64,000 bases of DNA from Candidatus Eremiobacteria bacterium (GCA_963758295.1 CAVWUU010000001.1:384001-448000); one strand, 5' to 3'. Positions 37,942 to 51,404 are shown, counted from the first letter of the stretch. The notes: a model not told the origin generated them from the letters alone. Numbers and translations are program-made.

Positions 37942-40680
37942 ATGGCAACACGAATGATTTCGTCGGCGATCGTCAGCAATGAGTTCGTCGGGCGCCATGA
38001 AGAACTCGAGGTCCTTGAGGAAGAGTTTCGTTTGGCGAACGACGGCCGTGTCCGTTTCGTCCTCGTCGAAGGCGAGGCGGGCATCGGCAAGTCGCGTCTC
38101 CTGCGCGAGTTTGCCGCTCGCATAGAGAAGAACGCGCTCGTCTCTTTCGGCCACTCGTCCGAGCAGATTCGCCGGCCGTATTTGCCGCTGCAACCGCTGA
38201 TGGAAACCATTTCGCGGCACCGGCTCGCGCCAAAACCGAGCGAGCGGGCCTTCAGTGCTGAAGAGAAAGCCGCATACTTCGAGGCTTTCGCCGCAGCGAT
38301 TCAGCGCGAGTCGACGCGCCGTCCGGTTTTTGCCGTGCTTGAGGATGCGCAGTGGGCCGACGAAGCGTCGCTCGAATTGTTGCGGTATCTGGCGGCATCG
38401 CTGCACGGCGGCCGGCTATTGTTGGCCATTTCCCTTCGAACCGCCGACGTGATGATTAACGCCGCGCTCGCCTCTCTGCGCCTCTCGATGGCTCGGGCTC
38501 GCGCTACGACCATTTCGCTGCACGGTCTGCGTCGCACGGAGATGCGAAATCTGGTGCGCGAGCTGGTTCGTGCGCGCGACGCGCAATTGCAGCCCGATCT
38601 GCTTTCGCAAATAGAACATCTTTCCGAAGGCAATCCGTTCTTCGCCGAAGAGCTCACGCGTATGGCATTGGAAAGCGGCGAGTTGGCCTTCCGGGAAAAC
38701 ATGCCGCTTTCGGTTCAGGCGACGCTCAGCGAACGTCTTGCGGCGTTTACGGAAGGCGAACGCGACATCCTCATACGTGCGGCGATCGCCGGTCAAACCT
38801 TCAGCAGCGATTTCGTTGCGACGGTAGCGGAAGTTCCGGAAGGCGAGGTACTCGCGGCCGTTCAGCGAGCCGTTTCAACCGGCATCGTCGTTGCATCGGC
38901 GGATTCGCCGCAGCATTTTACGTTCCGCCATGCCCTGATTCGTCAAGCGCTGGCCGAGCAAGTCGTTGTGGCGTTGGCCGCGCCGCTGCACGTGCGTATT
39001 GCCGAAGCAATCGAGCACGAGCCCATGGCGGAGAACCGTGCGCCCGAGCTGGCCTACCACTACACGCAAGCTCGCGTTGCTGATAAAGCGCGTTTGTATA
39101 ACGAATTGGCCGGGAAGTCGGCGATGGACGTCTATGCCTACCGTGACGCGATTCGCTTTTACACAGCAGCTTTGAAGTGGGAGTACCCGCCGGGCCCAGC
39201 GCGTGCGGCGTTGTACGAGCGGATCGGGCAGCTGCTCTATATCGAAGGCATCGGTGAAGAGCCTGCCCGCTGGTTCGAGCGCTGTCGCAAAGAACATGCC
39301 TCGCTCGACGATCGCGCCGGCGTTGCGCATGCGTTGCTTTTGCTGGCGGATCAACGATGGGTCGACGCTCGTACCGGCCAAAGTCTACGCGACGCAGCCG
39401 ACGCCGCTTCGATTGCGTCGCAGCTCGACGCTGCGCCGCTCGCCGCGGAGGCAACGCTCTCGCGAGCGCGCTTTGCAATTACCCTTGGCGATGCGCCGGC
39501 GGCTTTGGAACATTTGGAAAACGTCTCCGCGATGCAAGACGGGTTCGGGCCCGCTACGCACGCGATGTTCTACGAAGTGCGCGCGGAAACGCGCGCCGCG
39601 CTTGGCGATTGCGCCGGTGCGCTTCGCGATTGCGAACGCGCATCGAAGCTTGCGGCGCAGACCGGATCGAGCGAATTGATCGCGCAGGTTGAGAATAACT
39701 GCGCGTTGGTCGCCGCCGACCTGGCCGAGCTGGATCGAGCCGAGCGACACCATCGAATCTCGATGAATGAGTCGCGGCGGACGGGCATGATGTGGCGCGT
39801 CGCGTACTGTGCTATGAACTACGCGCGCACGCTTGCGCTGAAAGGCCAATTAGCGGATGCCCGCGCTCTTGTGGCTGAAGCCTTGCGCTGCGGAGTGACC
39901 ACGGCGACCTTCAAGACGAAGGCGGCGAGCGTCGGCATTCCGATTGCCTTGGCGCTCAACGACCGGCAATTGCTTGAAGCGTGCGCCGACGAAGAAGCGA
40001 TGATCTACGCCGTACGCTCGGAAGAGATCCAGCGAATCGCCGCAGTGGCTGCCGCGTTCGCCGAACTTCGAAACGCGCAGGGTGCAGCGGGCGAAGCGAG
40101 GCGTATTCTTACCGAGGCGCTGCACGCAATTCCAAAGGGCCACAGAAGCGGCGGATTGTGGTTCCAAGCCGCTCAACTCGGAGGGACCGAAGAGATTCAA
40201 CGCGCAACGGCGATGTTGCGTGACTCGAGCGGCCGGCCACGCGTGCTGCGCGTTTCCATGCTGCTGTTGCAAGCACTGCGTTATCGCGAGACGGACGCCG
40301 AAAAGAGCCGGCGTCTGGCGAGGCTCGCGGCGCGTACTTATGGATCCATCGGGTTTCGTTGGCATGCCGCGTATTGCGAAGAATTGGCGGGTAATCAGGA
40401 AGCCGCCGAAACCGAGTATCGCGCGATGGGTGCCGTCCGCGATATCCAGCGATTAGCGGCGCAACGCCGGACTCGGCCGGAGCAGCGTCTCGATCTTACG
40501 GCTCGCCAGCGTCAGATTGCGGAATTAGTGGCGCGCGGTGAGACGAACCGTGAAATTGCCTCGGCGCTGCACATCAGCGAACACACCGTCGAGCACCATC
40601 TCTCGACGATCTTCACCAGAATCGGGATAAAGTCTCGCGCTCAGTTAAGCGCGTATGTCGCGGCAGAAATGACCGCCTGA
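37942..40680 (+). CDS. LAL-family AAA ATPase + LuxR HTH transcriptional regulator
   Basis: FVGRHEEL, GEAGIGKS, LEDAQWAD, GNPFF, FRHAL; LTARQRQIAELVARGETNREIA..L.ISEHTVEHHL. Confidence 0.93.
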   Translation: MATRMISSAIVSNEFVGRHEELEVLEEEFRLANDGRVRFVLVEGEAGIGKSRLLREFAARIEKNALVSFGHSSEQIRRPYLPLQPLMETISRHRLAPKPSERAFSAEEKAAYFEAFAAAIQRESTRRPVFAVLEDAQWADEASLELLRYLAASLHGGRLLLAISLRTADVMINAALASLRLSMARARATTISLHGLRRTEMRNLVRELVRARDAQLQPDLLSQIEHLSEGNPFFAEELTRMALESGELAFRENMPLSVQATLSERLAAFTEGERDILIRAAIAGQTFSSDFVATVAEVPEGEVLAAVQRAVSTGIVVASADSPQHFTFRHALIRQALAEQVVVALAAPLHVRIAEAIEHEPMAENRAPELAYHYTQARVADKARLYNELAGKSAMDVYAYRDAIRFYTAALKWEYPPGPARAALYERIGQLLYIEGIGEEPARWFERCRKEHASLDDRAGVAHALLLLADQRWVDARTGQSLRDAADAASIASQLDAAPLAAEATLSRARFAITLGDAPAALEHLENVSAMQDGFGPATHAMFYEVRAETRAALGDCAGALRDCERASKLAAQTGSSELIAQVENNCALVAADLAELDRAERHHRISMNESRRTGMMWRVAYCAMNYARTLALKGQLADARALVAEALRCGVTTATFKTKAASVGIPIALALNDRQLLEACADEEAMIYAVRSEEIQRIAAVAAAFAELRNAQGAAGEARRILTEALHAIPKGHRSGGLWFQAAQLGGTEEIQRATAMLRDSSGRPRVLRVSMLLLQALRYRETDAEKSRRLARLAARTYGSIGFRWHAAYCEELAGNQEAAETEYRAMGAVRDIQRLAAQRRTRPEQRLDLTARQRQIAELVARGETNREIASALHISEHTVEHHLSTIFTRIGIKSRAQLSAYVAAEMTA

Positions 40681-40687
40681 CCGCCGA

Positions 40688-40734
40688 TATGGCGGAAATC
40701 CAGGATACCTGGCGCCTTTCGCTCTTCCTATAAT
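40688..40734 (+). promoter_or_regulatory. Candidate LAL-binding box plus -10 of the TonB receptor operon
   Basis: TATGGCGGAAATCCAGGAT (40688-40706), 22 nt, TATAAT (40729-40734); no canonical -35. Confidence 0.6.
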
Positions 40735-40768
40735 CGAGATAACTCCAGCTCGAGGAAATGGGGGCGGT

Positions 40769-43700
40769 ATGCCGCGTTTAATCCGTGCCTGCGGTGTTCT
40801 ACTAACGCTCGTTCTTCTGGTGTCGTGCCTGACGCCGTCGGCCTTCGCGGGAACGACCGGTTCCCTTAGCGGCCAGGTTCTGGAAGCAGAAGGACGGGCT
40901 GCGATTGCAGGCGCTCGCGTGACGGCTACCAGCCCCTCGCAGAGCGCAAGCGTCGCGACCGATGCCTCCGGAAAATTCACGTTCATCTCGCTGATGCCGG
41001 ACACGTATTCGGTAAGCATAGAAAAGAGCGGCTACCAACCGATTTCGATCGCCGGCATTGCGGTGTTCGCCGATCAAAACCAAACGCTCGCGTTTACCCT
41101 CGAGAAGAATCTCAAAGAGATCGCGCGGGTCACCTCGCGGTCATCGCTGAGCCCCGTGCGGCCCGGAACGACAACCGACGTTTACTCCGTCAATCCGGCT
41201 CTTGCATCGGCTGCCGCTCCGGTGGGCGGCGGAGGCGGATTGAACAACGCCTATTCGGCCATTGCCTCGCAACCGGGCGCCTTCGTTCCGCCGAACCAAA
41301 TGGGCGTGAATCAGACCGTCTACATTCGCGGCGGATACTACGATCAAATCGGCTACGAATACGACGGCGTGCCGGTGAATCGCTCGTTCGATAACTATCC
41401 GGCTCATTCGGCCTCGAGCCTCGGACAGCAAGAGCTCCAAATTTACACCGGCGGCGGTCCGGCGAGTTCGAACGCGACGGGCCTCGCCGGCTTCATCAAT
41501 CAGGTCGTCCGCTCGGGCACGTATCCCGGTTTCGGCACGCTATCGGGCCGCGTGGGCTCGCCGGCGTTCTATCACGACCTTTCTTTTGAAACCGGCGGTG
41601 CTTCGCCGAACCGCTTGTTCTCGTATTACGTCGGCCTCAGCGGATTCAATCAAGATTACCGCTATCTAAACAACGACAACGGTGCCGGCCTGGGCGATCA
41701 GTTCCCGGTCACCTGGCCGAGCAACATCACGACGAATCTGGCATTCTGGCCGGCCGTTTATCCGACGTGTAATAACAACGATCCGACAAACTTGTATACG
41801 AACCCGTCGACCGCGATTTCGTGGAACGATCCGGGATGCTTCGCCTCGCTCAATCCCAACTTTGGCAATATCTCCACGATTTATGGCCGCGAGTTCGTAG
41901 CGAATCTTCATTTTGGAGTCCCACACCATAAGGACGGCGGTCGCGACGACATTCAGCTGCTCTTCACGAGTTCGTCGCAATTCCGCCATTATTACGACAG
42001 CGCGAACGATGCGCAGCCGCTACTGAGCACGCTGCAGAATGAAAACTTGACGGCGAATGGATCCGCGGTTGGTGCGTATGCGTATCAGCCGATGTGGCCG
42101 GACTTTTACACGTTTCCCGCGACGACCACGTTCATGCAGCCGGCAACCGTGCAACCTATTGCCTATGCGTTTCCCGGATCTCCGGCGAATCGCTGTTATA
42201 ACACGAGCCTGATTGGGGGACAAGATTCGGCGGCGGCGACACCGATTACGGTCCCCAACCAATGTCCCGACGGTACGGTCGCGGCGATGCCGAACGATTA
42301 TCGCGACGGACGGTGGGACCAGGCGGGCATCTTCAAAGTTCAGTATCAAAAGAATTTTGGCGGCAATGCCTACGCGCGGCTCTTCGGCTACACGTTCTAC
42401 TCGAACACCAACCGTAGCGGTGCGGTCCAACAAGGCATCACCGGCCCATACGGCTCGGCGAATCTCGGCGCCACCAATTACGATTACGAAGTGGACGGTC
42501 ACACGCGTGGATTGGAATTCCAGGCGGCGGACCAGATCAGCGATCAGCATCAGCTCGAGCTTTCACTTAGCTACGTGACAGCGAGCACGCTTCGCTATTA
42601 CAACTTCAACAACTACAACACGGGCGGCGCACCGCTAAACGATTTCACCGGTTCCAGCGGCCAGATGGTAAGCAATCTCACGAACGGCACGAACTGTTAT
42701 GCCGCGTATAGTGGAACGCTGGCCAACGGTCAGGAAAGCGTCAACGCGGGCGACCTCGCGCCATGCAACGATCCGATCACCCAAGGATCGTTTAGCGATC
42801 TCACCGGCAACTCCGATTACAGCGCCAGCGGCGCACCGCAAAACGTGGACTGCTCAGGCGGTCCGAACGAACCTATTCCTACAAATGCGTGCGCCAACGG
42901 CGCATCGTGGCGTATGACGTTTCTCGGCCAGCAGGCCTCGATCAATTCCGTAACACCGAAGTTCACGCACGCGTCGCTAAGCGACACCTGGCGCCCCTCG
43001 GACAAATGGAACATCACGGGAAGCCTGCGCTTCGACCGCGACGAGTTCGATCTCACCCCGGTTGCCGGCGATCCGGGGAAAGACTTCTGGTATTCGCGCG
43101 CACAGAAAGAATACTGTTACAACCCGCAGACGCTTCAGCCGGTCATCATTCCGCAGGAACCGCGGCTTCTTCGAGACGTCACGCCGTACGTCTCATTGAA
43201 TTGTCCGGTTATCGAAGGCGGCGTTCAAAGCGTTCATCCGGACGGCTTGAACGGACATTTGCTGCTGACCGACCAGTTCAACTCGACCTACGTGCAGACG
43301 TACTTCTCGCCGCGCTTCGGCGCGACGTACACCCTCGACCCGCAAACGGTGTTACGTTTCTCGGCCGGCCGCTTCGCGCAAGAGCCGCAAAATTACGAGG
43401 TAGAGTACAACAGTCTGGAGCCGAACCTCGCAGCGCAACTCGTCGGCTTCCTGCCGTTCGGTTTTACTACGCCGTTCCACGCGGCGCAAGCGCAGTTCTC
43501 GAACAATTACGATCTCTCGATCGAGCATCAGTTTCCGAAGACCGACATCGCCCTGAAAGCGACGCCATACTACCGATATGCAACAAATCAGTTGTATGAA
43601 TCGGTCAGCATTCCGACGCTCTTTGGCGTTTCGCCCTCGTTCAACGCCGGCACCGAAAAGACGTACGGCGTAGAACTGCAGGTGACCAAAGGCGACTTCA

Positions 43701-44635
43701 ACCGCAACGGATTCGCGGCTTCGCTGGCCTATACGTACACGAATTCAAAGGAGAAGTGGTCGAACTACGCCGGTACGGACATCAACCCGGTCGATCCGTA
43801 CAACCAAGACATCCAGCAGTTCAATCTCCTGACGAAATCGGGCGGCGGCGCTCCGTGCTACTTGAACGACCGGTCGGGGACCGGCGATCCTACCTGCGGC
43901 GCGACCTCGATCTTGAATCCGTATTACAACATGAGCGCGCAGCCGCTGTTGGACAAGAACGCCTACTACGATACGGGTCTCGACTATCCGTACATCTCGC
44001 CGAACACGTTCACGTTTATCCTGAACTATAAAGCAAACAAGTTTGCGGTCACGCCGGTCTTCACGCTCTACCAGGGCGCGACGTACGGCACGCCCTCCGA
44101 CTTCCAGGGGCTCGATCCGCGTTCGTGCCGTTCGAATCAAAGCTCGGAGGGGATTCCCGGTGCACCGAACCCGCTGACTGCCGACTACACCTCGTGCGGC
44201 GCAGCCGAAATCGGTGCGAGCGGGACGTCGCCCGGCCATCTGTACGTCCCGAATCCGTACACGGGAACCTTCGATACGTTCGGGCAGTTCCGCCAGCCCT
44301 GGCAATTCAACATGGGGCTGCAGATGAGTTATGCGTTCAGCCCGCGCGTAACCGGAAACGTGACGATAGCCAACTTGGTGAATCAATGTTTCGGCGGATC
44401 GGCCGAACCGTGGACTGCCGTTTATAAACCGAGCAGCTCGAACTGCGGTTACGGCTACAACAAGTTCTACATCAGCAACTACTACAATGGCGCAAGCCCC
44501 AACGACGTTACCGCAAACGGCGTGCCGCTGAACACCTACTTCTCGGTGCCGTTCGCCCCGTCGTACGCCGACGTGAATTCGGGGAACCTGCCGCTTCCGT
44601 TGCAAGTGTACTTCCAACTGCAGATCAAACTTTAA
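40769..44635 (+). CDS. TonB-dependent receptor with N-terminal carboxypeptidase-regulatory-like domain
   Basis: Signal peptide; GSLSGQV...TDASGKF; plug YIRGG...YDGVPVN; SPRFGATY; C-terminal VYFQLQIKL beta strand. Confidence 0.88.
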   Translation: MPRLIRACGVLLTLVLLVSCLTPSAFAGTTGSLSGQVLEAEGRAAIAGARVTATSPSQSASVATDASGKFTFISLMPDTYSVSIEKSGYQPISIAGIAVFADQNQTLAFTLEKNLKEIARVTSRSSLSPVRPGTTTDVYSVNPALASAAAPVGGGGGLNNAYSAIASQPGAFVPPNQMGVNQTVYIRGGYYDQIGYEYDGVPVNRSFDNYPAHSASSLGQQELQIYTGGGPASSNATGLAGFINQVVRSGTYPGFGTLSGRVGSPAFYHDLSFETGGASPNRLFSYYVGLSGFNQDYRYLNNDNGAGLGDQFPVTWPSNITTNLAFWPAVYPTCNNNDPTNLYTNPSTAISWNDPGCFASLNPNFGNISTIYGREFVANLHFGVPHHKDGGRDDIQLLFTSSSQFRHYYDSANDAQPLLSTLQNENLTANGSAVGAYAYQPMWPDFYTFPATTTFMQPATVQPIAYAFPGSPANRCYNTSLIGGQDSAAATPITVPNQCPDGTVAAMPNDYRDGRWDQAGIFKVQYQKNFGGNAYARLFGYTFYSNTNRSGAVQQGITGPYGSANLGATNYDYEVDGHTRGLEFQAADQISDQHQLELSLSYVTASTLRYYNFNNYNTGGAPLNDFTGSSGQMVSNLTNGTNCYAAYSGTLANGQESVNAGDLAPCNDPITQGSFSDLTGNSDYSASGAPQNVDCSGGPNEPIPTNACANGASWRMTFLGQQASINSVTPKFTHASLSDTWRPSDKWNITGSLRFDRDEFDLTPVAGDPGKDFWYSRAQKEYCYNPQTLQPVIIPQEPRLLRDVTPYVSLNCPVIEGGVQSVHPDGLNGHLLLTDQFNSTYVQTYFSPRFGATYTLDPQTVLRFSAGRFAQEPQNYEVEYNSLEPNLAAQLVGFLPFGFTTPFHAAQAQFSNNYDLSIEHQFPKTDIALKATPYYRYATNQLYESVSIPTLFGVSPSFNAGTEKTYGVELQVTKGDFNRNGFAASLAYTYTNSKEKWSNYAGTDINPVDPYNQDIQQFNLLTKSGGGAPCYLNDRSGTGDPTCGATSILNPYYNMSAQPLLDKNAYYDTGLDYPYISPNTFTFILNYKANKFAVTPVFTLYQGATYGTPSDFQGLDPRSCRSNQSSEGIPGAPNPLTADYTSCGAAEIGASGTSPGHLYVPNPYTGTFDTFGQFRQPWQFNMGLQMSYAFSPRVTGNVTIANLVNQCFGGSAEPWTAVYKPSSSNCGYGYNKFYISNYYNGASPNDVTANGVPLNTYFSVPFAPSYADVNSGNLPLPLQVYFQLQIKL

Positions 44636-46591
44636 ATGCGGGCGATAGCGGCCGCGGTGGCCGCTTCGCTGCTGATCGGCGCGGGAGCGGCGCCCCCGCG
44701 CTTCTCCCTCGACGCGATGCAGCGCATCGTGGAAGTATCCGGGGCCGTCATCTCGCCGGACGGCAATTACATCGCGTACGTGACCACGCAAAACGTGCTC
44801 GAGCGAAACTCCCGTGTCGACACGTTGCACGTTTACGACCTTCAGACTCGCACCGATCGCGCCGCTTCGTTCCGGCACGAATCGTATTCGAGCCTGCAGT
44901 GGTCGTGGAACGGGCATTTGGCGTACGTTGCCGATGACGCGACGAAGAATGCCGATGAAATCTTTGTTACTGATGCGGGGCTCGCGCCGGAGCGCCGGTT
45001 AACTTCCGGAACGGACGTTTTGGAATTGGCATGGAGCCACGACGGGCGAAGATTGGCGTTTTTGCGCCATGATCCTGAGCCGTCCAAGAGTGGCGCGGCG
45101 AAGTACCGTGACGCTTTTGAAGTCACCGATAACGCGTATCTTTCCACAAAGAATCCGAAGCCGGTACATTTATGGACCGTCACGCTCGACGGTCGAGAAC
45201 AGCGGCTGACCGGCGGAACGTGGAGCCTTCGCGACTCGTCGATTTCGTGGTCGCTAAGCGACCGCGCGATTTTATACGAGCGAGTTCCGAATGCGATTTA
45301 CGGAATACGCGATCGCTCCAAAGCCGAACTCATTGATGTCGAGACCGGTCGCACTTCGCCCGCGAGCCCCTTTTCCTCACTCGAGAATCAGGCGATCTTC
45401 TCTCCCGGCGGACGAATCGCTGCGATGCTTTATCCGCGAGACGGCACGCCGCAAGGTGCGCCCGCCGTATGGATGTTGCGACGGGCGGGAAAACGGCCCC
45501 GTTTGCTTACCAGCAGTTTGGACCGCCACGTCGAGGATTTCGCATGGTACGACGAGTCACGCGTGCTGGTGCGCGCCTACGACCGAACGCGTGCGCGGTT
45601 GTACCTTGCCGGCATCGACGGAAAAATCCAAGCGCTTCCGTTAGGGGAAGTTCGCGACGCATCGATCGACTCGCAACAAAGCGTCGACGGGCACGGAGAC
45701 GTGGTCTTCACGGGTTCGACGGCGACGCAGCCGCCGGAGTTGTTTCTCTTACGCCGGGGAGCGCCGGTGCCGGATCGGCTCTCGTCGTTCAACGCATGGA
45801 TCTCCGGATTCAGCGTGGGACGTCAAACCGAGATCCAGTGGAAGAGCGGCGCCTTCGTCGAGTACGGCGTTCTCACGTATCCGCCGGGCTACGATTCGCA
45901 CCGGAAGTATCCGCTGGCCATCCGGGTTCATGGCGGTCCGGCGCTTTCCGCACTCACCGCGTTCGACCCGTTCTATCAAGCGGCAGCGGCGCGCGGATAT
46001 GTCGTGCTCGCACCGAACTACCGCGGCTCCAGCAATAACGGAAATGCGTTCGAGCGTTCGATCTTCAACGACGCGAGCGTCGGTCCGGGCAGCGACGTTA
46101 TCGCGTCGATCGACGCGGTCAAACGAATGCGAATCATCGATCCGAGCCGGATCGGCGTTTCAGGCTGGTCGTACGGCGGCCAGCTCACGAGTTGGCTGAT
46201 CGCGAGATATCACATTTTTAAAGCCGCAGTCGCAGGCGCCGGCGTTCACGATCTTGTCGTCGATTACGCGATTGCCGACGACTATGACGACGATCTTCAC
46301 GCGTTTTCGTCGCCGCCGCACGCGGCTGGTTCTCTGCAGAAGTGGCAACGCCAATCGCCCATTTCGTTCGTCAGTGACATTCGAACGCCGACGCTGATTC
46401 TAGGGAACGTTTACGACGTGCGCGTCCCAATCGTCGAATCTTACGAACTGTATCACGCGCTGCGCGATCGCGGCGTCCCGGTTAAGTTCTACGCGTATCC
46501 CACCGGCGGCCATCTTCCGAACGGTCCGGTCCGCCTCGCCGATGCTTATGGCAAATGGCTCGATTGGTTCGACAAATATTTGCGCCGGTAA
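44636..46591 (+). CDS. S9-family (dipeptidyl/acylaminoacyl) peptidase, secreted
   Basis: Beta-propeller with ISPDG; VHGGP, PNYRGS, GWSYGG, DVRVP, GGH triad. Confidence 0.93.
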   Translation: MRAIAAAVAASLLIGAGAAPPRFSLDAMQRIVEVSGAVISPDGNYIAYVTTQNVLERNSRVDTLHVYDLQTRTDRAASFRHESYSSLQWSWNGHLAYVADDATKNADEIFVTDAGLAPERRLTSGTDVLELAWSHDGRRLAFLRHDPEPSKSGAAKYRDAFEVTDNAYLSTKNPKPVHLWTVTLDGREQRLTGGTWSLRDSSISWSLSDRAILYERVPNAIYGIRDRSKAELIDVETGRTSPASPFSSLENQAIFSPGGRIAAMLYPRDGTPQGAPAVWMLRRAGKRPRLLTSSLDRHVEDFAWYDESRVLVRAYDRTRARLYLAGIDGKIQALPLGEVRDASIDSQQSVDGHGDVVFTGSTATQPPELFLLRRGAPVPDRLSSFNAWISGFSVGRQTEIQWKSGAFVEYGVLTYPPGYDSHRKYPLAIRVHGGPALSALTAFDPFYQAAAARGYVVLAPNYRGSSNNGNAFERSIFNDASVGPGSDVIASIDAVKRMRIIDPSRIGVSGWSYGGQLTSWLIARYHIFKAAVAGAGVHDLVVDYAIADDYDDDLHAFSSPPHAAGSLQKWQRQSPISFVSDIRTPTLILGNVYDVRVPIVESYELYHALRDRGVPVKFYAYPTGGHLPNGPVRLADAYGKWLDWFDKYLRR

Positions 46592-46620
46592 AACGCCGGT
46601 GCACCAAAGCGACTTCGCAT

Positions 46621-46685
46621 ACTCTTAGTATACTAGTTGACGGCGACGGCGCGTTGCGGTATGTTACAACTACGAATCTAGGAGT
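46621..46685 (+). promoter_or_regulatory. sigma70-like promoter flanked by two candidate BlaI operators
   Basis: TTGACG (46637-46642)-N17-TATGTT (46660-46665); ACTCTTAGTATACTAGTT (46621-46638) and AACTACGAATCTAGGAGT (46668-46685) are inverted relative to each other. Confidence 0.7.
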
Positions 46686-46689
46686 TGCG

Positions 46690-48144
46690 ATGAACAGGAC
46701 CGCAATCCTCGCGTTGGTGCTTGCTGCATGGGCTGTGTTCTCAAGCGCCTGCGCCGCGGAAACTCGATCGCCCGCGATAATTGCCTCTACCGAGGCTTCG
46801 GTGGATCCTCGCGTCACCCACGCCGCCAAGATCCTTTTTTTAGCCGCCCAAAATGGAACCGTTACCCGGTCTGAACTGGCGCCGCGCGTGCGTTCGCTGC
46901 TGACGCCAAAGCTAGTGCGCGATACAGCACGAGAGCTGAAGAAGAGCGGCGCGCCAACGGCGTTCGCGTTCGAAGGCTCGCGTGATCTTACGATGGCGCC
47001 CGGAAAAGGTTATCTTTACCGCGTGAGCTTCGCGCGCGCTCCAGACTTGAGCTGGTACGTCGGCTTCACTCCGAGCCTTCAAGTCCTGGGAATGTTTTTC
47101 TTTCCTTACGAGCAGCGCATGCATCTCAGCGAGAGTGAAGTTATCGCTCAGTTGCGGGCGAAGCTCCAACGAGATGCGGCGGCCGGCCGGTTTTCGGGCG
47201 CCGTGCTGCTGGCGAAGGACGGTGCGCCGGTCTTTTCGCAGGCGTACGGTCTTGCCGACCGTTCGAAAAAGATTCGAAATACGCTCGACACCAAATTCCG
47301 CGTCGGTTCGATGAACAAAATGTTTACGGCTGTGTCCATTTTACAGCTCGTCCAGGCCGGCAAGGTGCGTCTCGAGGAAACGGTGGGGGAACTCATTCCG
47401 GCTTATCCCAATCGTGAGATCGCTTCGAGAGTTACCGTCGAGCAGCTTTTGACGCACACCGGTGGCACGGGCGATTTCTTCGGACCGCTGTTCGACGCAA
47501 ATAGGAAGAACTTACGGACGCTCGACGATTACATAAAGCTTTACGGGAAGCGCGGTCCGAGGTTTCCGCCCGGCAGCCGCTTTGAATACAGCAACTACGG
47601 CTTCATTCTGCTTGGAAAGATCGTCGAGAACGCGAGCGGCGAAGATTACTATGACTACGTAAACAAACATATCTACGAGCCAGCGAATATGAACTCGACC
47701 GGCTCCCTTCCGGAAAACGAGTCGGTCCCGGATCGCAGCGTCGGTTATACCAGCGAGCATGGAAAGCTCGTTTCGAACGCCGATACGCTGCCATACCGAG
47801 GGATATCCGCCGGCGGCGGCTATTCGACCGTCGGAGATCTGCTTCGCTTCGCTGACGCGCTACAATCGAATCGCCTCCTTGAGGAAAAGTACACGTCGAT
47901 GCTCACGACGGGTCGAGTGCTGATGCCCGCGTTACCGGACGTCCAGCGCAAGTATGCGTTCGGCTTCGCCGATCAGACCCAGAACGGGATTCGCTGCTTC
48001 GGCCACGACGGCGGAGCACCCGGCATGAGCGGCATGTTGCAAATCTGCCCGGCGAACGGCTATGTCATCGCCGTGCTCGCGAATATCGATCCGCCCGTCG
48101 CGGACTTTGTCGCCGACTTCATTGTTAATCGCTTACCGAAGTAA
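46690..48144 (+). CDS. Serine hydrolase, beta-lactamase class C/AmpC-like family, with extra N-terminal domain
   Basis: GSMNK (SxxK), LLTHTGG, YSNYG, GHDGG; signal peptide. Confidence 0.9.
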   Translation: MNRTAILALVLAAWAVFSSACAAETRSPAIIASTEASVDPRVTHAAKILFLAAQNGTVTRSELAPRVRSLLTPKLVRDTARELKKSGAPTAFAFEGSRDLTMAPGKGYLYRVSFARAPDLSWYVGFTPSLQVLGMFFFPYEQRMHLSESEVIAQLRAKLQRDAAAGRFSGAVLLAKDGAPVFSQAYGLADRSKKIRNTLDTKFRVGSMNKMFTAVSILQLVQAGKVRLEETVGELIPAYPNREIASRVTVEQLLTHTGGTGDFFGPLFDANRKNLRTLDDYIKLYGKRGPRFPPGSRFEYSNYGFILLGKIVENASGEDYYDYVNKHIYEPANMNSTGSLPENESVPDRSVGYTSEHGKLVSNADTLPYRGISAGGGYSTVGDLLRFADALQSNRLLEEKYTSMLTTGRVLMPALPDVQRKYAFGFADQTQNGIRCFGHDGGAPGMSGMLQICPANGYVIAVLANIDPPVADFVADFIVNRLPK

Positions 48145-48147
48145 ATC

Positions 48148-48530
48148 GTGCCGAGAAAAAAAGCGTTGGTATTGACCGATCACGAGCTACGCTTGATGAC
48201 GGCGTTGTGGGCGAAGGGCCGTGCCACCGTCGCGGACGTCACCTCCGCGCTGGCGCCCCCTCTCCCTGCCTATAACACCGTTCTTTCCACAATGCGCACG
48301 CTGGAGCAAAAGGGCTACGTAGCGCATGAGGAATGCAAACGCGCTTTCGTCTATTACCCGCTCGTCGAACGCGCCGACGCAGCAAAGTCGGCCGTGAGCC
48401 AAGTGCTCGCGCGATTCTTTCAAAACTCACCGAACGCGCTCGCGATGACCTTGTTAGACGACGTTCCGCTAAGCCAAGCGGATCGCCGGCGCATTCGCGA
48501 ACTTCTCGAACCGCAGCGAAGAGGCAAGAA

Positions 48531-48534
<4 letters not shown>
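48148..48534 (+). CDS. BlaI/MecI/CopY-family repressor
   Basis: LTDHELRLMTALW, AYNTVLSTMRTLEQKGYV, RAFVY. Confidence 0.92.
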
Positions 48535-51382
<2,848 letters not shown>

Positions 51383-51404
51383 ACACCCCGCTTCGGTCTT
51401 TAAG

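Noticed and set aside
46690..48144. Calling this a true beta-lactamase resistance gene
   Set aside because: SxxK/YxN/HxG motifs are shared with esterases and D-peptidases; activity cannot be read from sequence
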